A DNA stretch of 63,927 bases, the filler included, from Cercozoa sp. M6MM (taxonomy: Eukaryota > Protista > Endomyxa: Ascetosporea), in NCBI GenBank assembly GCA_040357565.1. It is 5 parts of 5 records of this genome, joined end to end, with 100 filler letters (N's around TTAATTAATTAA, not from the genome) between each part and the next. Parts side by side here need not be neighbours in the genome. Positions count along the whole stretch, not along the records: positions 11,205 to 39,870 come from JBDODJ010000138.1; positions 39,971 to 45,074 come from JBDODJ010000977.1; positions 45,175 to 59,050 come from JBDODJ010000346.1; 2 more parts are not named here. One strand, given 5' to 3'. Of the stretch, positions 38,920 to 52,331 are shown in pieces. Each line of letters opens with the position of its first letter. Within the stretch, counting starts at the first letter, position 1. The translations under genes and the position numbers were made by a program. Below the pieces are notes generated by a model. The model made no database searches. It was not told the DNA's origin and was given only the letters and a program-made list of their open reading frames with translations.

Positions 38920-39756
38920 CTACCAGTGCATCTTGTTAAGCTCGCGGCCGATGAGCATGCGGCGAATCTCGCTGGTGCCGGCGCCGATCTCGTACAGCTT
39001 GGCATCGCGCAGGTAGCGTCCGGTCGGGTACTCGTTGATGTAGCCATTGCCACCCAGGACCTATGGTACAGATGGACATGACATAACATAACATAGCACA
39101 GCGAGGTACGTTGTACTGCAGTGAGTGCAGTGTACCTGGATGCTGTCGAGGGCCATCTGCGTGGCAGCTTCGGCGGTGCGCAGGATGACGCCGGCGCAGT
39201 CCATGCGGCGCTGCTGGTGGCCGTCGTTGCGGCCTTCAGCCACGGACTGATCGACGGCACGTGCCACCGAGTAGCTGTGGGGGGGGGGGGGGGGGTAAAG
39301 GGAAGGGATGTGGTTGCACACAAGTAGACAGCAGTACAGGTAGGAACGACACTGCGACAACTCGACGTACATGTCGGCCAGCTTGCCCTGCACACAAACG
39401 CTAGGAAGGCAGGAAGGAAGGCAGGGAGGAAGGAAGACAGGAAGATACCTGCATGAGCTGGAACTCGCCAATCGGCTTGCCGAACTGTTTGCGTTCCTGT
39501 GAGTAGGCCAGCGACGTCTCAAATGCCGCCTGCATCAGACCCACCGGACCGCCTGCGGGGGGCGGGGGTAGAGTCAACAAAGAGTAAAGGGCAGGAGACA
39601 AGCAGCCTACCCGAGAGCACGAGGCGCTCGTAGTCGAGGCCGGACATGAGCACAGTGACGCCACCGTGCAGCGGGCCCAGCACGTTCTCCTTGGGCACCA
39701 CGCAGTCCTCGAACACGAGCTCGCACGTGTTGCTGCTTCGCATGCCGAGCTTGTCC
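38920..39756 (-). CDS. IVD: Isovaleryl-CoA dehydrogenase, C-terminal half (5'-partial)
   Basis: [98 protein letters not shown]. Confidence 0.96.
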
Positions 39757-39796
39757 CTGCCACATGGGAGGTACCTTGTGTATATATATATACATA

Positions 39797-39870
<74 letters not shown>

Positions 39871-39970
39871 NNNNNNNNNNNNNNNNNNNNNNNNNNNNNN
39901 NNNNNNNNNNNNNNTTAATTAATTAANNNNNNNNNNNNNNNNNNNNNNNNNNNNNNNNNNNNNNNNNNNN
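39871..39970. other. Artificial scaffold linker
   Basis: N-run + TTAATTAATTAA + N-run. Confidence 0.97.
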
Positions 39971-40129
39971 GGGGGGGGGGGTAAACAAGAGGTAAAAGAT
40001 GCAAATGAGGGTTGAAAACGGAAGTTAAAAGGAGGTAAAACGGAGAGGAAAAGAGGGTAAAATGTTAGGTAAAAAGGAGGGGGTAAGGGATGAAAGGGAT
40101 AAAAGGTGACAACACACCAAAACACTCCC

Positions 40130-43100
40130 AGGCCTTGCGACACAGCGGATCCTTCCGCAGCACGGCCGGCGGCACCTGTGACAGCGGCACCTTGATGTGC
40201 AGTCCGCGCGGACACCCGCGCCGGTTGACGTCCGCGCGGCGACGCAGACGCAGGTGCACCTTCTCGTGAGGGTCACCCAGATCTTGGATTTCCTTCTGTG
40301 GCAGGGAGAGGGAGTCGGTCAGGGGTAGGAGTAAAGGGGTAAGGGGGTAAAGGGGGTAAGGGGGTAAAGGGGTAAGGGGAAGGAGGGGGGGGGTAAACTA
40401 CAGTAACACAGTCGAACTCGAACTTGCTCCAGTGGAAACCGTCATCAGAGTCGCCAGTGGCCAGTCGACCGTCGCGACGGAACCGTTGCGTCAGTGGACT
40501 CAGCAACTCGCGCAGTGCCGCACCTGGCACGTGCCCACTGGACACGTGCTCACTGGACACGTGCTCACTGGACACGTGCTCACTGGAGTGACGGCTCACG
40601 TGGTCACTTGACACGTGGTCACTTGACACGTGGTCACTGGGCACGTGCTGCAGTGCGGCCAGTGCGAAGCGCACGTGCTCCAGTCGCTCGGGCGGCGCAC
40701 GAAACGCATCGCGTCGCGCACGTGGTCTCCGCTGATCACAAACCGTAAGTGACTGGGTGACTGACCGAGTGAGTGAGAGGGTACAGTACCTGCGAGACAC
40801 GTGGTCGCACCGCCGCGAACGACGGCGACGTCGGCGTGCGGCACGTGGTGACACCGTCAGTGCCACCGTCAGTGCCACGTGCTTCACCGTCAGTGACACC
40901 GTCAGTGCCACGTGTCAGTGGAGTCGATCGAAAGTCACACCACCGTCGCACTGACATTCGATCAGACGGTGATCGATCATCAGACGGTGATCGATCAGTC
41001 GACGGTGACTGCGACGGTGACTGCGACGGTGTCATCGGCGTCAGCGAGAACTCGCCGTGCTCGCGGTGCTGCCGTACCAGTCTGCCCAGTCAGTCAGACC
41101 ATGTAGTCACTCAGTCAAACCATGTAGTCACTCAGTCAAACCATGTAGTCACTCAGTCAAACCAAGTGGTCACTGAGTGATCGCTCAGTCAGGTGGTCTC
41201 CCTGTCCTGTCACAAGAGGTAGGGTACTCGGGATGCTCACGGCGAAACCGGTGCCAGATCTCGCCCAGCGACGGCACCAGCGCATGCGCGTCCACGCCCT
41301 GCCGCCGCCGCCGCACGTCGCCCACGCGCACGTGCACTGCGCCCAGGGGGTAACAGGGGGGGGGGGGGGGTAAGAGAGCGGTCTGTACACTCCAAGTCGC
41401 AGGTCGACGCCGAGGCCAGCTGCGGCAGAAACGCAGCGCCACGCGCGCGCAGACTCTCCGCCGTCACAACACGCGACTCGCGCACACGCACTTTCCTGCG
41501 CACCTCGACAACGACAACCGTGTCACACAACAACAACAAAACAACAAAACAACAAAAAACAACAAAAAACAACAAAAAACAACAACAAATAACAACAAAA
41601 CAACAACAAAACGACAACAAAACGACAGCAAAACAACAACAAAACGACAGCAAAACAACAGACAGCAAAACAACAAAGAAATGAACAACAAATCCAGCGT
41701 TGTGAAAACAACAACTGCATCGTGGGAGAAACGCACGTGTCGGCAGTCCGTGCGGCCACCTGCGTCACTCGCACCGTCACAGCACACGTGTCTCCCTGCT
41801 CAGCGTCGTTCTTGTCATCAGCGGCAGCTGTGGAAGCAGGTTACAGGCCTTTTTACGTAGGCACAAATACAAGAAAAAGAAAAAACGTACAGGCGAAACG
41901 CGATCGAAACTGACGTCGCTTGCACGTGGTGTCACTCGTGAACTCACGCACAATACCGTCCGTCCTGTGTGCGTTCAGATGAGACGGTCCAAACGTACGA
42001 TACAAGACAAGGTGTGTACCAGTTAAGACACGGTGCCGGACCAGTGTCAGCGCGGCTGGACACGAGTGCGCGGCAGGCGTCATGCAGACTGCGTCGCGGC
42101 CGCGCGTGCCGCCAGAACACGCCGCTCAGATCGATGCGCACAAAGTCCTGGAAGGTCGAGGAGAAAGAGGTACAAAGGGGGCGAAGGGAGAAGGGGGGTA
42201 AAGGGGGTGAACCATCGGTGCCACATCGTGATCGGCGCAGAACTGCGTGAGGAAAGCAAAGTGCCGCTGGAAGGCCATGTCATCTGTCCCAGTAGGCTGC
42301 GTCTGTCGGCGTGCTTGCTCGCTCAGGAAGTGCACCTGCACATACCCTTAGATATAACACCCTTAAATAACACCCTTAAATAACACCCTTAAATAACACC
42401 CTTAAATAACACCATTAATAACACCCTTAAATAACACCCTTAAAACCCCTTTAATCACACTAACACCCTTAACTGGCCCAGCACCTTAGCAAAAGCCTGC
42501 TTGTACGGACAGAAACCGTAGCCATCGAAATTCTCGACCACGGTGGCTCCGATCGCCGCCACTTTCTGCGCAGGCATCTTTAATCCCCTGCTCCCTTCTN
42601 NNNNNNNNNNNNNNNNNNNNNNNNNNNNNNNNNNNNNNNNNNNNNNNNNNNNNNNNNNNNNNNNNNNNNNNNNNNNNNNNNNNNNNNNNNNNNNNNNNNC
42701 CCTTTTGCCCCTCTCACCCCTCTCACCCCCCCCCCCTCTTAACCCCCCCCCCAGGGTTACCGCAATTCCGCGATCTCGTGCACGCGCGTTGATGTCGCCG
42801 ACCAGCGCGTTGGCGTAGTCTTCGCGAGCCTCCGCCGGTACGTCCGCCGGGATGGGCCACAGAGCGTACGGCAGTGACCCGTGCACGTGCACACACACGG
42901 ACTGCCCACTCAGCGTGCGTCCAAACAGACGCACCACCGGCAGGCGCAGTGTCTGCACAAATACACTGCTGTTTGAGTACTTTAAAAAGTGACAATGTAA
43001 CTCACGTCCGCGCGGATGCCGGCTTCGGTGACCGCGTTGGACCGCGAACCCAGTGCGAGTGCTTCGTCGTCCAGCGGCAGCACCGGCTTGGCCAAGGCAA

Positions 43101-43134
43101 AATCGAGCGTGATCACCTGCACCGTCAAATGCAT
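40130..43134 (-). CDS. REV3: DNA polymerase zeta catalytic subunit, N-terminal part (3'-partial)
   Basis: VQVITLDFALAKP, LPVVRLFGRTLSGQSVCVHVHGSLPY, FLTQFCADHDVAPMDFV, STCDLE, LVPSLGEIW match the Rev3 N-terminal domain. Confidence 0.8.
42355..42445 (+). repeat. Intronic 13-bp tandem repeat (CACCCTTAAATAA)n
   Basis: About 6-7 near-perfect copies in a REV3 intron. Confidence 0.9.
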
Positions 43135-43240
43135 AACGGCATCTAAGACGTTTAGGCGCTTCTATGATACAACACCACTCCAATAAAGCGGTTCAGGCGT
43201 CAAAGTACATCTCTACGAAAGGGCGCCCGTTTTACTCCAG

Positions 43241-45063
43241 GAACTTAAGGGAGCCTCTTGACGGCGTGCCCGATCGGCAGCCACACGATCCCAACCTCAA
43301 GCGCACCTTGTTCATACGTGCACGTGTGTTTGTATCAAGAAGCAGGTCCAGAAAGTCACGTGGGCACTGTTCGGTTGTGACAGGAAGCGGCTGTCGAATA
43401 CACACAAGGCTAGGACCTGCAGGAGTGCGTGTGGCGGCGTGTGCGTAGTATAAGATAGGCCACAGTGTGGTTGACGCGCGCAAATGGCGACTACGAACAT
43501 TTGTCCATCAAAAGTAGTCGTTTTTTCCGATTCTGTTTTTATGAATGGACGTGTTGTTACCTTTTGTGCGTGCAGTGGTACTACTTGTCGTTCGGAACGG
43601 AGCTTGAGGTGTCGGCCAGTGCAGCGACGACGTCGTTGTCGAAGGTGGTGCTGAACTTCAAGGAGAGAGCCGCCGTGTACGTGCAGAAGGAGAAGGAGAT
43701 CCTGCAGCTTGCGGTACTGGAGCTTTTTTGCTGTGTTATGTATTTGTATCTTTTGTCTTATGTTTGTGTGTCTTATGTTTGTGTGTCCGCGCGGACAGTA
43801 CTACGAGATCACGCAGATCAAGGAGCCAGACAATGAGGAGGACACATGCTTCACCGTGGTGGGCAGCAACGCGTCCGTGCAGCACCGCATGGGCTCGGTG
43901 GTGGAACGCAAGGCCGTGGCCGCGCTGTTTCGGCGCTTTATGCGCGGTTTCCTCAAGCGAGAGGTCGACACGACGCAGATGCTGCCGCTCAAGCAGGTTT
44001 GCCCCCCCCCCCCCCCTCTCTTACCCCCCCCCAGCCTCCTATCCCATACCACTAGCCGTATACCACTAGCCGTGTTAAACTCCCTTTGCCTTGCCCAGGG
44101 CATAGTGCGCAAGAAGGGCCAGTTGAAGAAGGCGCAGCGCTACCTGTGTCTGGCCAACGGACGACTGTTCGTCATGCGCAAGCCGGCCTCGCAGTACCCG
44201 CTCAATGTGTTCACTGTCATGCCGTCGGTACTATCTTATCCTCACCCCCTCTTACTCCCTCTTCCTCCCCTTACCCCTCTTACCCCTCTTACTCCCCCTT
44301 ACTCCTCTTACTCCCCCCTCACCCCCTTACCCCCTCTTTATTCCCTATCCCCGGGAGTAGAACTGGCGCAGCATTCCGGACCGATCGTCGCCGGGCATCA
44401 AACTCGTCGGCGCCGGCGGCAAGCGCGACGTCGATCTGCACTTTGGCACTGCCGGCGAGCGCGACCTCTGGGCCGACGCCATTGCAGTACTATGCTGTTT
44501 TNNNNNNNNNNNNNNNNNNNNNNNNNNNNNNNNNNNNNNNNNNNNNNNNNNNNNNNNNNNNNNNNNNNNNNNNNNNNNNNNNNNNNNNNNNNNNNNNNNN
44601 NTACCCCCCCCCCCCTTGACCCCCCCTTAGATGCTAAGTGATGTGGTCAGTTTCCTGCCGTTCCGCGCGCGGCCTTCCGCGCGGACGGCACCGTCGCCGG
44701 CAGTGACAGTGAAGAAGACGGTGTCGGAGGACACAACGTCGGTGGTGTCGTCCAGTGGTGTCAGTGTAACCTCGGTCAGTGTGTCGTCACCTGGCAGCAG
44801 TGACGACTCGGTCAGCAATCCGGTCACTCCGCGCATCCGCGTGGACAGGAGCAAGAACCGGTCCGCGCGGAGCGACAAGAAAAAGACTCGCTCCATCAAA
44901 ATCAACGAAGGCGAGAAACACGTGTCGGTACGCTTTACCCCGTCTTACCCCTACCCTTTACCCCGTCTTACCCCTACCCAGCGTGTCAAGGTGCGACCCA
45001 AGTCGCGTGAGTTCCCAGCCATGCCGACGATTGCGCCGCCGCCGATGCCGGCCATGCCTGATG
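43241..45063 (+). CDS. PH-domain-containing protein, 3'-partial; start uncertain
   Basis: LKQGIVRKKGQLKKAQRYLCLANGRLFVMR...LHFGTAGERDLWADAI is a PH-domain pattern, followed by a Ser/Pro-rich region. Confidence 0.7.
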
Positions 45064-45074
45064 TGTGTTTATCC

Positions 45075-45174
45075 NNNNNNNNNNNNNNNNNNNNNNNNNN
45101 NNNNNNNNNNNNNNNNNNTTAATTAATTAANNNNNNNNNNNNNNNNNNNNNNNNNNNNNNNNNNNNNNNNNNNN
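45075..45174. other. Artificial scaffold linker
   Basis: N-run + TTAATTAATTAA + N-run. Confidence 0.97.
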
Positions 45175-45407
45175 CCCAGATTTGATTCTGATTTTGCCTC
45201 GAAAACCCCCGCCATACCCGGCTACTAGATCAGCTCCGGTTATCCTGTAATAAGTACGGTAAACAAAACACTTCGGTCGACGTCGGACCAATTCGGTGCC
45301 AACGCAATGCGCTAAAAAGTATTACAATCGATTTCAGCAAGAGTCCGGCATCAGTCGCGATACACGTGAGATGTTGCTTGTCAATAAGATCGACGCAGAG
45401 GCACGAC

Positions 45408-46405
45408 TTACTCCCACTCTTTCTTGATGGCAAGCTGGTACTCTTTTCAACACAATGAGGATAGATTTGCCCTAACGCCATAAACACAGAAAAAAAAAAA
45501 CATTGTAGATACCAAAGGAGATGTGAGTATCGCCATCATCATCGGACATTACGGTTCTAGCGGCTGCAAAAAGCGTATACACATCCCATCCGCCAATAAC
45601 AGGACGGAGCTTACTGTATGTGCCACGGGCGAGCATGCCGGACGGTGCCTCTTCCTCGGGGAAGGTGTACTCATACACTTCCTTGCGAGGCGGGAAACCA
45701 CCCAGCATTTCTTCAGTGACGTCAACACGGACACCCTTGCGGTAGACCTACATAGCAGAACGGCGGTCTCGACATGCCTCCCAACTCAACAACATACACC
45801 AACGCACCTTGTTGACGTACTTGAGGCCAAGCACAACATCGTGTTGAATGTAGTAGTACACCTTGATGCGGTAAGCAGTGCCCTCTGCACATAACATACG
45901 CGCATACGGAAAAAAGGTACCCAAGAACTGACAGAAACAAATGATACGCTTGAGAACGATGGGCGTGGCGAGCGCGGTCTCGTCGTTCGGGTCAATTTCA
46001 ATCACCTTGCCAGCTGTTGGAAACGCAACATATATCGAGGGTGTGGGAGAATGCAGAAGCGCTTCAGTGAGTATACCATCCGGAATCAAAATTTCGAACT
46101 TCACGATGATAACCTTGCGGGGGTCATTCGGATCGTGGCACTCAGTCGAGCCCAAAAGTGATTCCTTCTGCTCACAAGCAGGATTTGAAAAAAAGCAAGT
46201 GGAAACACGCATTGCAAAAAAAAAACTACGCACGTAAGCAGCGAGCGATTCGTCCTCAGTGTCGCGGTTCTTCAGCTCCTCGAGCGAGACCTTCTCCGGA
46301 ACAACGTACTGCAAGAAAATAGCAAGGTTTGTGACACAGCAAAGAATGCGAAAATATTCGATCTAAAGCTACCTCGTCGACCTTGGGCTCTTCAGGGGCA
46401 GACAT
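45408..46405 (-). CDS. RhoGDI: Rho GDP-dissociation inhibitor
   Basis: DTEDESLAAYKESLLG, LKEGTAYRIKV, VVLGLKYVNKVYRKGVRVD, EEAPSGMLARGTY, DDDG, IKKEWE-stop. Confidence 0.95.
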
Positions 46406-46825
46406 TTTGTCGGGTATTGGTCTCTATCGAGAAGCAGTCCAGTGTAAAACAAAAAAAAAAGGAAAAGGGAAATTGCAAAAAAAAGAAAACTCAGAAGGGA
46501 AAAGGAGAATCCTCAAATGCCCTAGTTTACACGCGTATATACAAGCACTGCAAGATGTGAAGGTTGCAGAATGGTTCGCAAAGCGAAAGAAAACAAAACT
46601 AAACGTCAGCACAGTGACGAGCACTGTGGGTTATTGTCGCAGGGGGACGGAACTGCTACCCACAGACAATACCTGTACTGTAGCGCACCGGAGGTAACAC
46701 TAGAGATACTGTATTTGATGCAGACAGGGTGGCTGGCACCTCCCGAGAAGCGCGTGGTCAACCAGTTCCGGCTCAACAACATCAATAAGACTGCAATAAT
46801 ATCGATAATCAACTGTTCGAAGGCA

Positions 46826-48114
46826 ATGTCCACCGAGCGTTTCAATGCTATTGTAGTACGTTGTTTGCAACCTGTTGCGGGAAGGGTTTCAAATACAGTT
46901 TTGATCGATAGCAAAATAATGCTATCATTTCCATCGCTGCGGAAATAGTTTTTTATTGCTGAAAGGTGGGAGCCACCGGCAAGGTCGGGCGCCTTGTAGT
47001 GCAACAGCTTCTGCGAAACCCACAGGTCTTGGAGATATTTTTAGCTGGATCGAGATGGATAGGCACTGGATTGTATGGCAGGTCGAGACAGTGACCGCAT
47101 TGGTGCGCACACAAAGACCTGCTGAGTTTTATAATGTGGTAAAGTGTCGTCTGTGTAGTTTTTCACGTGTCCTCCGTGTGTTACAGGTAATTCGTGTTAG
47201 TCTGATGATGAGGCGGCCAGGTTGCACCAAGTGCCCGTCCAGTTTGGGTCATTAAACGCCTCAGGAGCGGAGTTGTTCCAAGTGCCCACTCAGTTGGGAT
47301 TTTGCTGTCTGGGCACGACACGCGCCGCCGCTGGTAAAAGCAAAGGTGTATTTTTATTTATAGTTGCCCTTATCTTCATACCAGGCTCCGCACGTGCATT
47401 TGAGTTGGTCGACTATGACTACGTTGTTGAGGTGTTAAATTCCAATACTTGCTATACCTTGTCTGAATTTATGTATTCATGCAGAGCGCCACGTTAATGA
47501 AGCAGCATGGCGTGTCTCGCTTTTCGCTGTGCTCTTCGCAGGTACGAATACTTCGATTTCGTCCAAAAGACCCGTTCTTTTTATGTTGGCGTTGCATAGG
47601 GTGCCTCTTCCAGCTCGTGGTTTCTGTACCCTAAGACCAAGGGCCGCGCCGAAGAGGCATGCAAAAACCTGGACTTCGAGCATTGCTCCATCGCACGGTA
47701 TGCCTGCTCTTAAATCTGCAGGCTAGGTGTTGCCTATGTGTTGTCGCTTTCAGACCCGGAATGTTGTTTGGGCGAAATGACAAGTCTAGAACTCTGGAGT
47801 ACTGGGTTGGTACTTGCCAACTCGTGATTTATTGCCTGTTCAACAACTTGGTTTCAACTGTGACTCTTGACGAATCAACAGGCAAAATCACGCCGTCGTT
47901 TGCTGGCGTTCATATCCAAAAGGTCGCCATCGCCATTGTTCACAACGCGCTTCAAGAGCAGCCTGAGGAGCTCCTTACGTACATTCATTGAGTCTGGTTT
48001 CCGTGTACTCCAACTTTCTTTTGTGCAGCAACAGCCGCCTCAAAGAGATCGCCGAGCATGTCGGTAACCACTTTGAGTGAGCACCTGTGTTATAGCGACA
48101 CAAAGCCTGCATGA
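46826..48114 (+). CDS. HTATIP2: TIP30/CC3-like NAD(P)-binding oxidoreductase; 3' end approximate
   Basis: AIVVGATGKVGRLVVQQLL, GFCCLGTTRAAAG, FELVDYDYV, SSQGASSSSWFLYPKTKGRAEE, SIARPGMLFG. Confidence 0.92.
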
Positions 48115-48459
48115 ACCCGCGCCGTACGGCTGTCCCAGGCAGTATCGTACACAGTTTTTGCCGCGCTAGCCGTACATGAAAAGTGTAGTGTGCACTAAAT
48201 ACTACCAATAAGAGTAACTTAAGGCCCAATCGATTGGGGAAATCACGAGATAATTAATTCCTTAATTTTTGTTGTGTGTTAGAGCCGTTTTTAATTTTCT
48301 GAATCAGAGGCTAATCGATGTTTTACGCATCTTTTCGCGCTCAGTTCTAATGTAGATGCCCCTGGCCACGCGATGAGTTTAGATTTCGCGCAGATTTGCC
48401 TCGGCCTGTCTGATTTTTGTTGCCTGCTTGGCACTCACCAACTCACGTTAACTCTCAGG

Positions 48460-49130
48460 AAAGCTATTCAATGCTGAGTTTCCGTTCCGTTTGCTATTCT
48501 TAGGAGTTTACGTGAGTTGATGATGTGTTTTTCTGCTCTGCGTTTGGCGCCTTGCGGCTCTTTCTTCCTTTGCTTCTTCTTCGCTGCTCTTTCGGGCTCT
48601 AGTGCGTTCGGTTTTCTGTGATTGTTGAGTGTTTTCCATCGTTGTCTGCCAGTGTTGGCTTGCTTGTTTGTAAGTTCATTGAGTTTGATCTTAATGTGAG
48701 AGGGCACCTAGTGCATTGCGATTTGCATGTCTTTGTCAGTTCCTTAGTTGGGCATCGATCTCATCGGATTCTGCCTTTTGCGGCGTTGTGAGGTGCAGAA
48801 TGGTTCCCTTGTTGTCTACCAGTCGAGTATCTGTGTCTCTCCTTGTTCCCTTGCGTGTTTGATACATTGCCAGATCGCAGTTCTTTCGGCATCGTCAATA
48901 CCACCCATCCGTATCCGGCTCCGGTTCCCTTAAAACTGCCATCGGTGGCATAGATCTGTCTTTTGTATTTCTGGTTTGTTCGGCAACTCTAGGATCAATT
49001 CAAGTCACTTGTTAGTGTGCTGCCCGGTTTGACAGTCTCATGCAGAGTGCTTCTCGTTGAGTCACTTCTTACTTGTGTTTCCACTAATTCTTCTTGGATC
49101 TAAAGTCTGGTAGTGCCACCAAGGTGCTAT
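48460..49130 (-). mobile_element. Decayed retroelement-type RNase H fragment
   Basis: The minus strand at 48960-48900 reads QIYATDGSFKGTGAGYGWV; after a frameshift, DAERTAIWQCIKHAREQGETQIL (AELxAI motif), then stops. No introns. Confidence 0.7.
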
Positions 49131-49433
49131 GCCGTATCTATCACAGGAGAGGGACATTTTCTTAGTACTGGACGTAGGCTTACCTTGTATCGTTTTGCCT
49201 GAGAGGGAATGTTCAGAGAGGGAATGTTCAATGAGGAGCAGTTCTCTGCCAGTTGCATGCTTTGACAGTGCTATGATAGCACCTTCTTGTGGAGTTAGTC
49301 GAAAAGCCTTTGATATCTAGACTTATGCCTGTCATGTACTCACCTGCTTCCTTGGCCACCGCACTCAGGTGTCTGCGTCCACGCCAGTTGACATGACTCA
49401 TACACGTGACCGTCATATTGTTTAACCATGAAC

Positions 49434-50298
49434 TTAGTGTCTCTTAGCCAAATCGAGCGAGGCACGGACCTGTTTAGCCATGCGATAGGACAAATATACG
49501 GCAGGACAAATGGAACAGAGGCACCTGCCACGCGATGGACGCAGCGGCAGCGCTAATGAGTGCACCACCATGCAACGACACCAGTGAAAGCAAGTGAACT
49601 TTCTGCAACGTGTACCACAGGTAACTAAACCGATGCCATTACAAGTAAAACCAAAGAGGCAAAGACGTACATTTGACCGAAAGTGAAAGTCGCCGCTATG
49701 CCAAGCGAGCACATACAGCAAGGCGGAGACAACCGCAAGCGCCAAAGAGGAGGAAAGGAAAAGGTGCTAAACAACAGGACCAGGCGTATGGCATTGGATC
49801 AAAGCATACACCATGCACCACATTTCAACTTCAGCTAGACAACACGTACAGCCCGCTTCATGACTCCGATCCGCACACTGATGACGGCGATTGCAGTTGC
49901 CGTGCAATGGGCAGCCACGGTACCAAAACCTATTAGTCATATCATTCAATCGGCATGAGCCTTGTTCTACAAAGTTTGTGTACCACTCTCAGAGAAGACT
50001 GAAGCAACGACAGCCACAACCACCTGCAAAGCGGCCAGAATGACTAACAAAAGCGTGCGACTCCGCGCTAGCGCCATCAACTGTGAGCGAAAAAGTAAGA
50101 GTATCACCCGAGAAGAGACTGGCATACGCCCACAACTAACTTCTAAGTACCTGGTACTGTGGGGCGACGCGCTGACGGTGAGCAAAGTCACCACCGTCAT
50201 TTGTGACAGCGCGGCCCCTGCAAAGACACCATATCGATGCAGGCACAATGAGTACCGACACAACACATTTTTACTTAATTGCACCCAGGAGAGCTCAT
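49434..50298 (-). CDS. JAGN1: Jagunal homolog (ER membrane protein)
   Basis: MSSPGGRAVTNDGGDFAHRQRVAPQYQL matches the Jagunal N-terminal DGxDFxHRxRVAxxY motif; followed by TM segments and a basic C-terminus. Confidence 0.85.
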
Positions 50299-50525
50299 TG
50301 TTGCAGCACTAGTTACGTATGTAAAACAACTCCCGGACCAATTGCAGCATATATTGTTTTGTTTCAACAATCGTTCTCAAAAATCGGCGCGCCAAACCTA
50401 GCCCGCGCAGCCCACTCAACCAAACCCCACTGGTGTGCTAGCGGTTATTCACACGTTACGCAGCTCTCTGGTGCACGGATAGTTGAACTTTCTCAGCTGC
50501 CGACTTTTCTTTTGTGTCTTATAAG

Positions 50526-52331
50526 ATGGTGAGCTACGACATCACGGCCAACCTGGCTCGCTTTTTGGACCCGCACATGTCGGTGGAAGTGCTGTCCTTC
50601 CTTTCTGAGAGGTAGAGTGCTCCCACTTGTGTTCAATTAACTTTGTGGGCTTGGAATTCGTCTTTTGTGTGTGTTTGATCAAACAGGGAAGTCTATGACC
50701 AGGACAGTGTGCGCAACGCCATGCTCAACGTCGTGTCCAAGACCAAGATGATTGGTCTTCAGGTATCCATTTATGACAGTAAACTGGGTTGGGTGTCGGT
50801 ATTCTCGTCTGTGCTCAGGCTGAACTTGAAGGCAAGTCAGAGCCCGACGCTGCCAAGAAGCAGCAAGTCCTCGCGGACATTCAGGTATCCTGTTGAAATG
50901 CAAGAGAGGTTATTGCATGCACGTGTGTGTTGTGCGGTACGACATAGGCTGCCACCGAGAAGGCGGGCAAGCTGATTAAGCTGCTGTCGCAACCCGAGGT
51001 AATTTCCGTCCGTAACTTCATGTTTCCCGCATGTGTTTGGAATGTGAGCAGTTTGTGGCCAACCTGGAGCAGAACCAGCCTAATTTGCTCACGCTGGCCG
51101 ACGAGGTATACTATTTTCTGTTCCATGATTTTTCAGTGCTTTTTTTTACTTGCACAGTACGACGTGCGTGCCGAGGATGTCGAGGCACTCGCCGACCTGG
51201 CACAGCTGCGTTACGCCACGGGAAACTACGGCGCCTCCACCGCTCAGCTGCTGCATTTCTACCGTGTACCACACACATCTTGTCTTCCAGTGGCTCGGTC
51301 TATGTATCGTTACTCAGTTGCTGACGCGCAACGCGGAGCGCAAGGCTCGTGCTGCCTGGGGCAAGCTGGCCGTCGAGATCATGAGCGCGCGCTGGAAGGA
51401 TGCCGCTGCCGTACTTTGTTTCGCTTTGTGCACGCTGCTCTCTGCGTGAGCCAACCCGTGTTTACAGGAGATCAGCAAGGTCAAGGCACTGATCGAGAAG
51501 ACGCCGATGTCGGCGGCGGCGAAGCTGCAGCAGCGCAGCTGTCTCATGCACTGGTCGCTCTTCGTGTGGTTCAACAGCACCGACGGCAAGGGTCGCCAGT
51601 CGCTCATCGACCAGTTTTTCCTTGGTACTTGCCTTAGCTGTGTGTGTCGTGGTGTGTCTGTGTTCTGTGTTCATATATGCTGTTGTGCGTAGACAAGTTC
51701 AACTTGCACACGATCCAGGTGCTGTGCCCGTGGCTGCTGCGATACCTGCTGGCTGCCGTGGTGCTCGAGTCGCGCCGGCCGCTTTTCTTCGAGCTGTCCA
51801 AGTACATTGACAACGAGGAGTACGCGTACAGCGACCCGCTGCTTGACTTCTGCCGTCTCCTGGTCGTCGAGTGCGACCACGCCGCCGCACTCCAGGCACT
51901 CGAGAAGTGCGAGTCGGTGCTGGCCAACGACTTCTTCCTGAGTCACCTCGCCTCGCAGTTTGTGAGCAAGGCGCGCCTCGTCTTTGCCGCTCAGCTCCTA
52001 TCCGTGCACGAGCGCATGACCATCACGTACCTGTATCTGCATAGGCAGAGGTGTCTTGTATTGTGTTTACGTGGGCAGTGAGCTTGAGGAGAAGCTTGGT
52101 GAAGTGGCTGATTTGGAGGGTCTGCTCAAGGACCTGGAGCGATTCAACCTGTACGCGCGCATTGACGAGCAAAACGGAGTGATCCGCCTCCAACAATCGG
52201 GCTACTCTGTCGTGCGCCGTATCCAGGAGAAGACCAGACACGTCACGCGTGGCACGCCGCCGCTCATGGGCATGCTCAAGAAGCGAGTCGCCGAGCAAAA
52301 GGCACTGCGCAGTGCCAAGAAGGAGGAATAG
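50526..52331 (+). CDS. EIF3E: Translation initiation factor 3 subunit E
   Basis: YDITANLARFLDPHM, YATGNYGAS, AWGKLAVEIM, LQQRSCLMHWSLFVWFN, IQVLCPWLLRYL, YAYSDPLLDF, VLANDFFL, LYARID. Confidence 0.96.
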
